Shown piece after piece: positions 1 to 11,900 of a stretch of 64,000 nucleotides of DNA. The notes under the pieces were generated by a model that made no database searches, was not told the origin of the DNA, and saw only the letters and a program-made list of their open reading frames with translations. Source of the DNA: Eledone cirrhosa (taxonomy: Eukaryota); contig OZ024743.1 of assembly GCA_964016885.1 (NCBI GenBank), forward strand, positions 131,812,001 to 131,876,000. Direction: 5' to 3'. The translations under genes and the position numbers were made by a program. Position 1 is the stretch's first letter; each line of letters starts with the position of its first letter.

Positions 1-3000
1 TGGTGCTAGGTGCTTGGTGCTTGGTCTTTGGTGTTTGGTGTTGGTGCTTGGTGCTTGGTGTTTGGTGCTTGGTGATTGGTGCTTGGTGCTTGGTTATTAG
101 TGTTTGGTGCTTGGTGCTTGTGGTTTGGTGTTTGGTGCTTGGTGCTTGGTGTTTGGTGTTTGCTGTATGGTGTTTGCTGTTTCGTGTCTGGTGTTTGCTG
201 TTTGGTGTTTAATGCTTGGTGCATGGTGTTTGGTGTTTGGTGTTTGGTGTTTGGTGTTTGGTGCTTGCTGTTTGGTGCTTGGTGCTTGGTGTTTGGTGTT
301 TGGTGTTTGGTGCTTGGTGCTTGGTGTTTGGTGCTTGGTGCTTGGTGCTGGGTGTTTGGTGCTTGGTGCTTGGTGTTTGGTGCTTGGTGCTTGATGCTTG
401 GTGCTTGGTGTTTGTTGTTTGGTGCTTGGTGCTTGGTGTTTGGTGCTTGGTGCTTGCTGTTTGGTGTTTGGTGTTTGGTGCTTGGTGCTTGGTCTTTGGT
501 GTTTGGTGTTTGGTGTTTGGTGCTAGGTGCTTGGTGTTTGGTGCTTGGTGTTTGGTGCTTGGTGTTCGGTGCTTGGTGCTTGGTGCTTGGTACTTGGTGT
601 TAGGTTTTTGGTGCTTGGGGCTTGGTGTTTGGTGTTTGGTGCTTGCTGTTTGGTGCTTGGTGCTTGGTGTTTGGTGTTTGGTGTTTGGTGCTTGGTGCTT
701 GGTGTTTGGTGGTTGGTGCTTGGTGCTGGGTGTTTGGTGCTTGTTGCTTGCTGCTTGGTGCTTGGTGCTTGGTGCTTGGTGCTTGGTCTTTGGTGCTTGG
801 TGTTTGGTGTTTGGTGCTTGGTGCTTGGTGTTTGGTGCTTGGGGCTTGGTGTTTGGTGCTTGGTGATTGCTGCTTGGTGTTTGGTGTTTGGTGCTTGGTG
901 CTTGGTGCTTGGTGATTAGTGTTTGGTGCTTGGTGCTTGGTGCCTTGTGCTTGGTGCTTGGTGCTTGTTGTTTGGTGCTTGGTGCTTGGTGATTAGTGTT
1001 TGGTGCTTGGTGCTTGGTGCCTGGTGCTTGGTGCTTGTTGTTTGGTGCTTGGTGCTTGGTGATTAGTGTTTGGTGCCTGGTGCTTGGTGCTTGCTGTTTG
1101 GTGGTTGCTGTTTGGTGCTTGGTGTTTGGTGCTTGGTGCTTGGTGCTGGGTGGTTGGTGTTTGCTGCTTGGTGCTTGGTGTTTGGTGCTTGGTGCTTGGT
1201 GCTTGTTGTTTGGTGCTTGGTGCTTGGTCTTTGGTGCTTGGTGCTTGGTGTTTGGTGTTTGGTGTTTGGTGTTTCGTGCTTGGTGTCTAGTGTTTGGGTT
1301 TTGGTGTTTGGCGCTTGGTGCTTAGTGTTTGGTGTTTGGTGCTTGGTGCTTGGTGTTTGGTGTTTGGTGCTTGGTGTTTGGTGCTGGGTGCTTTGTGCTT
1401 GGTGTTTGGTGCTGGGTGTATGGTGTTTGGTGCTTGGTGCTTGGTGCTTGGTGTTTGGTGTTTGGTGCTTGGTACTTGGTGTTTGGTGTTTGATGCTTGG
1501 TGTTTGATGCTTGTTGCTTGGTGCTTGGTGTTTTGTGTTTGGTGTTTGGTGCTTGGTGTATGTACTTGGTGCTTGGTGCTTGGTGTTTGGTGCTTGGTTC
1601 TTGGTGTTTGGTGCTTGGTGCTTGGTGTTTGGTGCTTGGTGTTTGGTGTTTGGTGCTTGGTGTTTGGTACTTGGTGCTTGGTGCTTGGTGTTAAGTGTTT
1701 GGTGCTTGGTGCTTGGTGTTTGGTGCTTCGTGCTTGGTTCTTGGTGTTTGGTGCAAGGTGCTTGGTGTTTGGGGCTTGGTGCCTGGTGCTTTGTGTTTGG
1801 TGCTAGGTGCTTGGTGCTTGGTCTTTGGTGTTTGGTGCTTGGTGCTTGGTGCTTGGTGTTTGGTGCTTGGTGCTTGGTGCTTGGTTATTAGTGTTTGGTG
1901 CTTGGTGCTTGGGGTTTGGTGCTTGGTGCTTGGTGCTTGGTTATTAATGTTTGGTGCTTGGTGCTTGGGGTTTGGTGTTTGGTGCTTGGTGCTTGCTGTT
2001 TGGTGTTTGGTGTTTGGTGCTTGGTGCTTGGTGTTTGGTGCTTGGTGTTTGGTTCTTGGTGTATGTACTTGGTGCTTGGTGCTTGGTGTTTGGTGCTTGG
2101 TTCTTGGTGTTTGGTGCTTGGTGTTTGGTGTTTGGTGCTTGGTGTTTGGTGCTTGGTGCTTGGTGCTTGGTGTTAAGTGTTTGGTGCATGGTGCTTGGTG
2201 TTTGGTGCTTCGTGCTTGGTGCTTGGTGTTTGGTGCATGGTGCTTGATGTTTGGGGCTTGGTGCCTGGTGCTTGGTGTTTGGTGCTTGGTGCTTGGTGCT
2301 TGGTGTTTGGTGTTTGGTGCTTGGTGCTTGGTGTTTGGTGCTTGGTGTTTGGTGCTTGGTGTTCGGTGCTTGGTGCTTGGTGCTTGGTACTTGGTGTTAG
2401 GTTTTTGGTGCTTGGGGCTTGGTGTTTGGTGTTTGGTGCTTGGTGCTTGGTGTTTGGTGTTTGGTGCTTGGTGTTTGGTGCTTGGTGCTTTGTGCTTGGT
2501 GTTTGGTGCTGGGTGTATGGTGTTTGGTGCTTGGTGCTTGGTGCTTGGTGTTTGGTGTTTGGTGCTTGGTACTTGGTGTTTGGTGTTTGATGCTTGGTGT
2601 TTGATGCTTGTTGCTTGGTGCTTGGTGTTTTGTGTTTGGTGTTTGGTGCTTGGTGTTTGGTGCTTGGTGCTTGGTGTTTGGTGCTTGGTGTTTGGTGTTT
2701 GGTGCTTGGTGTTTGTTACTTGGTGCTTGGTGCTTGGTGTTAAGTGTTTGGTGCTTGGTGCTTGGTGTTTGGTGCTTCGTGCTTGGTGCTTGGTGTCTGG
2801 TGCATGGTGCTTGGTGTTTGAGGCTTGGTGCCTGGTGCTTTGTGTTTGGTGCTAGGTGCTTGGTGCTTGGTCTTTGGTGTTTGGTGTTGGTGCTTGGTGC
2901 TTGGTGTTTGGTGCTTGGTGATTGGTGCTTGGTGCTTGGTTATTAGTGTTTGGTGCTTGGTGCTTGTGGTTTGGTGTTTGGTGCTTGGTGCTTGGTGTTT

Positions 3001-4841
3001 GGTGTTTGCTGTATGGTGTTTGCTGTTTCGTGTCTGGTGTTTGCTGTTTGGTGTTTAATGCTTGGTGCATGGTGTTTGGTGTTTGGTGTTTGGTGTTTGG
3101 TGTTTGGTGCTTGCTGTTTGGTGCTTGGTGCTTGGTGTTTGGTGTTTGGTGTTTGGTGCTTGGTGCTTGGTGTTTGGTGCTTGGTGCTTGGTGCTGGGTG
3201 TTTGGTGCTTGGTGCTTGGTGTTTGGTGCTTGGTGCTTGATGCTTGGTGCTTGGTGTTTGTTGTTTGGTGCTTGGTGCTTGGTGTTTGGTGCTTGGTGCT
3301 TGCTGTTTGGTGTTTGGTGTTTGGTGCTTGGTGCTTGGTCTTTGGTGTTTGGTGTTTGGTGTTTGGTGCTAGGTGCTTGGTGTTTGGTGCTTGGTGTTTG
3401 GTGCTTGGTGTTCGGTGCTTGGTGCTTGGTGCTTGGTACTTGGTGTTAGGTTTTTGGTGCTTGGGGCTTGGTGTTTGGTGTTTGGTGCTTGCTGTTTGGT
3501 GCTTGGTGCTTGGTGTTTGGTGTTTGGTGTTTGGTGCTTGGTGCTTGGTGTTTGGTGGTTGGTGCTTGGTGCTGGGTGTTTGGTGCTTGTTGCTTGGTGC
3601 TTGGTGCTTGGTGCTTGGTGCTTGGTGCTTGGTCTTTGGTGCTTGGTGTTTGGTGTTTGGTGCTTGGTGCTTGGTGTTTGGTGCTTGGGGCTTGGTGTTT
3701 GGTGCTTGGTGATTGCTGCTTGGTGTTTGGTGTTTGGTGCTTGGTGCTTGGTGCTTGGTGATTAGTGTTTGGTGCTTGGTGCTTGGTGCCTTGTGCTTGG
3801 TGCTTGGTGCTTGTTGTTTGGTGCTTGGTGCTTGGTGATTAGTGTTTGGTGCTTGGTGCTTGGTGCCTGGTGCTTGGTGCTTGTTGTTTGGTGCTTGGTG
3901 CTTGGTGATTAGTGTTTGGTGCCTGGTGCTTGGTGCTTGCTGTTTGGTGGTTGCTGTTTGGTGCTTGGTGTTTGGTGCTTGGTGCTTGGTGCTGGGTGGT
4001 TGGTGTTTGCTGCTTGGTGCTTGGTGTTTGGTGCTTGGTGCTTGGTGCTTGTTGTTTGGTGCTTGGTGCTTGGTCTTTGGTGCTTGGTGCTTGGTGTTTG
4101 GTGTTTGGTGTTTGGTGTTTCGTGCTTGGTGTCTAGTGTTTGGGTTTTGGTGTTTGGCGCTTGGTGCTTAGTGTTTGGTGTTTGGTGCTTGGTGCTTGGT
4201 GTTTGGTGTTTGGTGCTTGGTGTTTGGTGCTGGGTGCTTTGTGCTTGGTGTTTGGTGCTGGGTGTATGGTGTTTGGTGCTTGGTGCTTGGTGCTTGGTGT
4301 TTGGTGTTTGGTGCTTGGTACTTGGTGTTTGGTGTTTGATGCTTGGTGTTTGATGCTTGTTGCTTGGTGCTTGGTGTTTTGTGTTTGGTGTTTGGTGCTT
4401 GGTGTATGTACTTGGTGCTTGGTGCTTGGTGTTTGGTGCTTGGTTCTTGGTGTTTGGTGCTTGGTGCTTGGTGTTTGGTGCTTGGTGTTTGGTGTTTGGT
4501 GCTTGGTGTTTGGTACTTGGTGCTTGGTGCTTGGTGTTAAGTGTTTGGTGCTTGGTGCTTGGTGTTTGGTGCTTCGTGCTTGGTTCTTGGTGTTTGGTGC
4601 AAGGTGCTTGGTGTTTGGGGCTTGGTGCCTGGTGCTTTGTGTTTGGTGCTAGGTGCTTGGTGCTTGGTCTTTGGTGTTTGGTGCTTGGTGCTTGGTGCTT
4701 GGTGTTTGGTGCTTGGTGCTTGGTGCTTGGTTATTAGTGTTTGGTGCTTGGTACTTGGGGTTTGGTGCTTGGTGCTTGGTGCTTGGTTATTAATGTTTGG
4801 TGCTTGGTGCTTGGGGTTTGGTGTTTGGTGCTTGGTGCTTG
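1..4841 (+). repeat. Higher-order duplication, offset 2846 bp (1-~1995 repeated at 2847-~4841)
   Basis: Identical ORF pairs 76/2922, 996/3842 and 1294/4140. Only isolated differences noticed (C751 vs G3597, G1907 vs A4753). 2846 = 407x7 - 3, matching three 6-nt units seen in the interval. Confidence 0.93.
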
Positions 4842-7445
4842 GTGTTTGGTGTTTGCTGTATGGTGTTTGCTGTTTCGTGTTTGGTGTTTGCTGTTTGGTG
4901 TTTAATGCTTGGTGCTTGGTGCTTGGTGTTTGGTGCTTGGTGCTTGGTGCTTGGTGTTTGGCGTTTGCTCTTTGCTGTTTGGTGTTTGGTGCTTGCTGTT
5001 TGGTGTTTGGTGTTTGGTGTTTGGTGTTTGGTGCTTGCTGTTTGGTGCTTGGTGCTTGGTGCTGGGTGTTTGGTGCTTGGTGCTGGGTGTTTGGTGCTTG
5101 GTGCTTGGTGTTTGGTCCTTGGTGCTTGGTGCTTGGTCTTTGGTGCTTGGGGTTTGGTGTTTGGTGCTTGGTGCTCGGTGTTTGGTGCTTGGTGTTTGGT
5201 GCTTGGTGTTTGGTGTTTGGTGCTTGCTGCTTGGTGCTTGGTGTTTGGTGCTTGGTCCTTGGTGATTAGTGTTTGGTGCATGGTGCTTGGTGTTTGTTGT
5301 TTGGTGCTTGGTGCTTGGTGTTTGGTGCTTGGTGCTTGCTGTTTGGTGTTTGGTGTTTGGTGCTTGGTGCTTGGTGTTTGGTGCTTGGTGTTTGGTTCTT
5401 GGTGTATGTACTTGGTGCTTGGTGCTTGGTGTTTGGTGCTTGGTTCTTGGTGTTTGGTGCTTGGTGTTTGGTGCTTTGTGTTTGGTGCTTGGTGCTTGGT
5501 GTTTGGTACTTGGTGCTTGGTGATTAGTGTTTGGTGCATGGTGCTTGGTGTTTGTTGTTTGGTGCTTGGTGCTTGGTGATTGGTGCTTGGTGCTTGCTGT
5601 TTGGTGTTTGGTGTTTGGTGCTTGGTGCTTGGTGTTTGGTGCTTGGTGTTTGGTTCTTGGTGTATGTACTTGGTGCTTGGTGCTTGGTGTTTGGTGCTTG
5701 GTTCTTGGTGTTTGGTGCTTGGTGTTTGGTGTTTGGTGCTTGGTGTTTGGTGCTTGGTGCTTGGTGCTTGGTGTTAAGTGTTTGGTGCATGGTGCTTGGT
5801 GTTTGGTGCTTCGTGCTTGGTGCTTGGTGTTTGGTGCATGGTGCTTGATGTTTGGGGCTTGGTGCCTGGTGCTTGGTGTTTGGTGCTTGGTGCTTGGTGC
5901 TTGGTGTTTGGTGTTTGGTGCTTGGTGCTTGGTGTTTGGTGCTTGGTGTTTGGTGCTTGGTGTTCGGTGCTTGGTGCTTGGTGCTTGGTACTTGGTGTTA
6001 GGTTTTTGGTGCTTGGGGCTTGGTGTTTGGTGTTTGGTGCTTGGTGCTTGGTGTTTGGTGTTTGGTGCTTGGTGTTTGGTGCTTGGTGCTTTGTGCTTGG
6101 TGTTTGGTGCTGGGTGTATGGTGTTTGGTGCTTGGTGCTTGGTGCTTGGTGTTTGGTGTTTGGTGCTTGGTACTTGGTGTTTGGTGTTTGATGCTTGGTG
6201 TTTGATGCTTGTTGCTTGGTGCTTGGTGTTTTGTGTTTGGTGTTTGGTGCTTGGTGTTTGGTGCTTGGTGCTTGGTGTTTGGTGCTTGGTGTTTGGTGTT
6301 TGGTGCTTGGTGTTTGTTACTTGGTGCTTGGTGCTTGGTGTTAAGTGTTTGGTGCTTGGTGCTTGGTGTTTGGTGCTTCGTGCTTGGTGCTTGGTGTCTG
6401 GTGCATGGTGCTTGGTGTTTGAGGCTTGGTGCCTGGTGCTTTGTGTTTGGTGCTAGGTGCTTGGTGCTTGGTCTTTGGTGTTTGGTGTTGGTGCTTGGTG
6501 CTTGGTGTTTGGTGCTTGGTGATTGGTGCTTGGTGCTTGGTTATTAGTGTTTGGTGCTTGGTGCTTGTGGTTTGGTGTTTGGTGCTTGGTGCTTGGTGTT
6601 TGGTGTTTGCTGTATGGTGTTTGCTGTTTCGTGTCTGGTGTTTGCTGTTTGGTGTTTAATGCTTGGTGCATGGTGTTTGGTGTTTGGTGTTTGGTGTTTG
6701 GTGTTTGGTGCTTGCTGTTTGGTGCTTGGTGCTTGGTGTTTGGTGTTTGGTGTTTGGTGCTTGGTGCTTGGTGTTTGGTGCTTGGTGCTTGGTGCTGGGT
6801 GTTTGGTGCTTGGTGCTTGGTGTTTGGTGCTTGGTGCTTGATGCTTGGTGCTTGGTGTTTGTTGTTTGGTGCTTGGTGCTTGGTGTTTGGTGCTTGGTGC
6901 TTGCTGTTTGGTGTTTGGTGTTTGGTGCTTGGTGCTTGGTCTTTGGTGTTTGGTGTTTGGTGTTTGGTGCTAGGTGCTTGGTGTTTGGTGCTTGGTGTTT
7001 GGTGCTTGGTGTTCGGTGCTTGGTGCTTGGTGCTTGGTACTTGGTGTTAGGTTTTTGGTGCTTGGGGCTTGGTGTTTGGTGTTTGGTGCTTGCTGTTTGG
7101 TGCTTGGTGCTTGGTGTTTGGTGTTTGGTGTTTGGTGCTTGGTGCTTGGTGTTTGGTGGTTGGTGCTTGGTGCTGGGTGTTTGGTGCTTGTTGCTTGGTG
7201 CTTGGTGCTTGGTGCTTGGTGCTTGGTGCTTGGTCTTTGGTGCTTGGTGTTTGGTGTTTGGTGCTTGGTGCTTGGTGTTTGGTGCTTGGGGCTTGGTGTT
7301 TGGTGCTTGGTGATTGCTGCTTGGTGTTTGGTGTTTGGTGCTTGGTGCTTGGTGCTTGGTGATTAGTGTTTGGTGCTTGGTGCTTGGTGCCTTGTGCTTG
7401 GTGCTTGGTGCTTGTTGTTTGGTGCTTGGTGCTTGGTGATTAGTG
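1991..7445 (+). repeat. Higher-order duplication, offset 3601 bp (~1991-3845 repeated at ~5590-7445)
   Basis: Identical ORF pairs 2177/5778, 2608/6209, 2922/6523, 3062/6663 and 3373/6974. Confidence 0.9.
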
Positions 7446-8840
7446 TTTGGTGCTAGGTGCTTGGTGCTTGGTCTTTGGTGTTTGGTGCTTGGTGCTTGGT
7501 GCTTGGTGTTTGGTGCTTGGTGCTTGGTGCTTGGTTATTAGTGTTTGGTGCTTGGTGCTTGGGGTTTGGTGCTTGGTGCTTGGTGCTTGGTTATTAATGT
7601 TTGGTGCTTGGTGCTTGGGGTTTGGTGTTTGGTGCTTGGTGCTTGCTGTTTGGTGTTTGGTGTTTGGTGCTTGGTGCTTGGTGTTTGGTGCTTGGTGTTT
7701 GGTTCTTGGTGTATGTACTTGGTGCTTGGTGCTTGGTGTTTGGTGCTTGGTTCTTGGTGTTTGGTGCTTGGTGTTTGGTGTTTGGTGCTTGGTGTTTGGT
7801 GCTTGGTGCTTGGTGCTTGGTGTTAAGTGTTTGGTGCATGGTGCTTGGTGTTTGGTGCTTCGTGCTTGGTGCTTGGTGTTTGGTGCATGGTGCTTGATGT
7901 TTGGGGCTTGGTGCCTGGTGCTTGGTGTTTGGTGCTTGGTGCTTGGTGCTTGGTGTTTGGTGTTTGGTGCTTGGTGCTTGGTGTTTGGTGCTTGGTGTTT
8001 GGTGCTTGGTGTTCGGTGCTTGGTGCTTGGTGCTTGGTACTTGGTGTTAGGTTTTTGGTGCTTGGGGCTTGGTGTTTGGTGTTTGGTGCTTGGTGCTTGG
8101 TGTTTGGTGTTTGGTGCTTGGTGTTTGGTGCTTGGTGCTTTGTGCTTGGTGTTTGGTGCTGGGTGTATGGTGTTTGGTGCTTGGTGCTTGGTGCTTGGTG
8201 TTTGGTGTTTGGTGCTTGGTACTTGGTGTTTGGTGTTTGATGCTTGGTGTTTGATGCTTGTTGCTTGGTGCTTGGTGTTTTGTGTTTGGTGTTTGGTGCT
8301 TGGTGTTTGGTGCTTGGTGCTTGGTGTTTGGTGCTTGGTGTTTGGTGTTTGGTGCTTGGTGTTTGTTACTTGGTGCTTGGTGCTTGGTGTTAAGTGTTTG
8401 GTGCTTGGTGCTTGGTGTTTGGTGCTTCGTGCTTGGTGCTTGGTGTCTGGTGCATGGTGCTTGGTGTTTGAGGCTTGGTGCCTGGTGCTTTGTGTTTGGT
8501 GCTAGGTGCTTGGTGCTTGGTCTTTGGTGTTTGGTGTTGGTGCTTGGTGCTTGGTGTTTGGTGCTTGGTGATTGGTGCTTGGTGCTTGGTTATTAGTGTT
8601 TGGTGCTTGGTGCTTGTGGTTTGGTGTTTGGTGCTTGGTGCTTGGTGTTTGGTGTTTGCTGTATGGTGTTTGCTGTTTCGTGTCTGGTGTTTGCTGTTTG
8701 GTGTTTAATGCTTGGTGCATGGTGTTTGGTGTTTGGTGTTTGGTGTTTGGTGTTTGGTGCTTGCTGTTTGGTGCTTGGTGCTTGGTGTTTGGTGTTTGGT
8801 GTTTGGTGCTTGGTGCTTGGTGTTTGGTGCTTGGTGCTTG
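5590..8840 (+). repeat. Higher-order duplication, offset 2049 bp (deletion derivative of the 2846-bp unit)
   Basis: ORF pairs 5778/7827, 6209/8258 and 6453/8502. A junction at ~7445 joins GATTAGTGTTTGG directly to TGCTAGG, skipping 797 bp (2846-2049). Confidence 0.88.
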
Positions 8841-8939
8841 GTGTTTGGTGCTTGGTGTTTGGTGCTTTGTGTTTGGTGCTTGGTGCTTGATGCTTGGTGC
8901 TTGGTGTTTGTTGTTTGGTGCTTGGTGCTTGGTGTTTGG

Positions 8940-11900
8940 TGTTTGGTGCCTGGTGCTTGGTGCTTGTTGTTTGGTGCTTGGTGCTTGGTGATTAGTGTTT
9001 GGTGCCTGGTGCTTGGTGCTTGCTGTTTGGTGGTTGCTGTTTGGTGCTTGGTGTTTGGTGCTTGGTGCTTGGTGCTGGGTGGTTGGTGTTTGCTGCTTGG
9101 TGCTTGGTGTTTGGTGCTTGGTGCTTGGTGCTTGTTGTTTGGTGCTTGGTGCTTGGTCTTTGGTGCTTGGTGCTTGGTGTTTGGTGTTTGGTGTTTGGTG
9201 TTTCGTGCTTGGTGTCTAGTGTTTGGGTTTTGGTGTTTGGCGCTTGGTGCTTAGTGTTTGGTGTTTGGTGCTTGGTGCTTGGTGTTTGGTGTTTGGTGCT
9301 TGGTGTTTGGTGCTGGGTGCTTTGTGCTTGGTGTTTGGTGCTGGGTGTATGGTGTTTGGTGCTTGGTGCTTGGTGCTTGGTGTTTGGTGTTTGGTGCTTG
9401 GTACTTGGTGTTTGGTGTTTGATGCTTGGTGTTTGATGCTTGTTGCTTGGTGCTTGGTGTTTTGTGTTTGGTGTTTGGTGCTTGGTGTATGTACTTGGTG
9501 CTTGGTGCTTGGTGTTTGGTGCTTGGTTCTTGGTGTTTGGTGCTTGGTGCTTGGTGTTTGGTGCTTGGTGTTTGGTGTTTGGTGCTTGGTGTTTGGTACT
9601 TGGTGCTTGGTGCTTGGTGTTAAGTGTTTGGTGCTTGGTGCTTGGTGTTTGGTGCTTCGTGCTTGGATCTTGGTGTTTGGTGCAAGGTGCTTGGTGTTTG
9701 GGGCTTGGTGCCTGGTGCTTTGTGTTTGGTGCTAGGTGCTTGGTGCTTGGTCTTTGGTGTTTGGTGCTTGGTGCTTGGTGCTTGGTGTTTGGTGCTTGGT
9801 GCTTGGTGCTTGGTTATTAGTGTTTGGTGCTTGGTGCTTGGGGTTTGGTGCTTGGTGCTTGGTGCTTGGTTATTAATGTTTGGTGCTTGGTGCTTGGGGT
9901 TTGGTGTTTGGTGCTTGGTGCTTGGTGTTTGGTGTTTGCTGTATGGTGTTTGCTGTTTCGTGTTTGGTGTTTGCTGTTTGGTGTTTAATGCTTGGTGCTT
10001 GGTGCTTGGTGTTTGGTGCTTGGTGCTTGGTGCTTGGTGTTTGGCGTTTGCTCTTTGCTGTTTGGTGTTTGGTGCTTGCTGTTTGGTGTTTGGTGTTTGG
10101 TGTTTGGTGTTTGGTGCTTGCTGTTTGGTGCTTGGTGCTGGGTGTTTGGTGCTTGGTGCTGGGTGTTTGGTGCTTGGTGCTTGGTCTTTGGTGCTTGGGG
10201 TTTGGTGTTTGGTGCTTGGTGCTCGGTGTTTGGTGCTTGGTGCTTGGTGCTTGGTGTTTGGTGTTTGGTGCTTGCTGCTTGGTGCTTGGTGTTTGGTGCT
10301 TGGTCCTTGGTGATTAGTGTTTGGTGCATGGTGCTTGGTGTTTGTTGTTTGGTGCTTGGTGCTTGGTGTTTGGTGCTTGGTGCTTGCTGTTTGGTGTTTG
10401 GTGTTTGGTGCTTGGTGCTTGGTGTTTGGTGCTTGGTGTTTGGTTCTTGGTGTATGTACTTGGTGCTTGGTGCTTGGTGTTTGGTGCTTGGTTCTTGGTG
10501 TTTGGTGCTTGGTGTTTGGTGCTTTGTGTTTGGTGCTTGGTGCTTGGTGTTTGGTACTTGGTGCTTGGTGATTAGTGTTTGGTGCATGGTGCTTGCTGTT
10601 TGGTGTTTGGTGTTTGGTGCTTGGTGCTTGGTCTTTGGTGTTTGGTGTTTGGTGTTTGGTGCTAGGTGCTTGGTGTTTGGTGCTTGGTGTTTGGTGCTTG
10701 GTGTTCGGTGCTTGGTGCTTGGTGCTTGGTACTTGGTGTTAGGTTTTTGGTGCTTGGGGCTTGGTGTTTGGTGTTTGGTGCTTGCTGTTTGGTGCTTGGT
10801 GCTTGGTGTTTGGTGTTTGGTGTTTGGTGCTTGGTGCTTGGTGTTTGGTGGTTGGTGCTTGGTGCTGGGTGTTTGGTGCTTGTTGCTTGGTGCTTGGTGC
10901 TTGGTGCTTGGTGCTTGGTGCTTGGTCTTTGGTGCTTGGTGTTTGGTGTTTGGTGCTTGGTGCTTGGTGTTTGGTGCTTGGGGCTTGGTGTTTGGTGCTT
11001 GGTGATTGCTGCTTGGTGTTTGGTGTTTGGTGCTTGGTGCTTGGTGCTTGGTGATTAGTGTTTGGTGCTTGGTGCTTGGTGCCTTGTGCTTGGTGCTTGG
11101 TGCTTGTTGTTTGGTGCTTGGTGCTTGGTGATTAGTGTTTGGTGCCTGGTGCTTGGTGCTTGCTGTTTGGTGGTTGCTGTTTGGTGCTTGGTGTTTGGTG
11201 CTTGGTGCTTGGTGCTGGGTGGTTGGTGTTTGCTGCTTGGTGCTTGGTGTTTGGTGCTTGGTGCTTGGTGCTTGTTGTTTGGTGCTTGGTGCTTGGTCTT
11301 TGGTGCTTGGTGCTTGGTGTTTGGTGTTTGGTGTTTGGTGTTTCGTGCTTGGTGTCTAGTGTTTGGGTTTTGGTGTTTGGCGCTTGGTGCTTAGTGTTTG
11401 GTGTTTGGTGCTTGGTGCTTGGTGTTTGGTGTTTGGTGCTTGGTGTTTGGTGCTGGGTGCTTTGTGCTTGGTGTTTGGTGCTGGGTGTATGGTGTTTGGT
11501 GCTTGGTGCTTGGTGCTTGGTGTTTGGTGTTTGGTGCTTGGTACTTGGTGTTTGGTGTTTGATGCTTGGTGTTTGATGCTTGTTGCTTGGTGCTTGGTGT
11601 TTTGTGTTTGGTGTTTGGTGCTTGGTGTATGTACTTGGTGCTTGGTGCTTGGTGTTTGGTGCTTGGTTCTTGGTGTTTGGTGCTTGGTGCTTGGTGTTTG
11701 GTGCTTGGTGTTTGGTGTTTGGTGCTTGGTGTTTGGTACTTGGTGCTTGGTGCTTGGTGTTAAGTGTTTGGTGCTTGGTGCTTGGTGTTTGGTGCTTCGT
11801 GCTTGGTTCTTGGTGTTTGGTGCAAGGTGCTTGGTGTTTGGGGCTTGGTGCCTGGTGCTTTGTGTTTGGTGCTAGGTGCTTGGTGCTTGGTCTTTGGTGT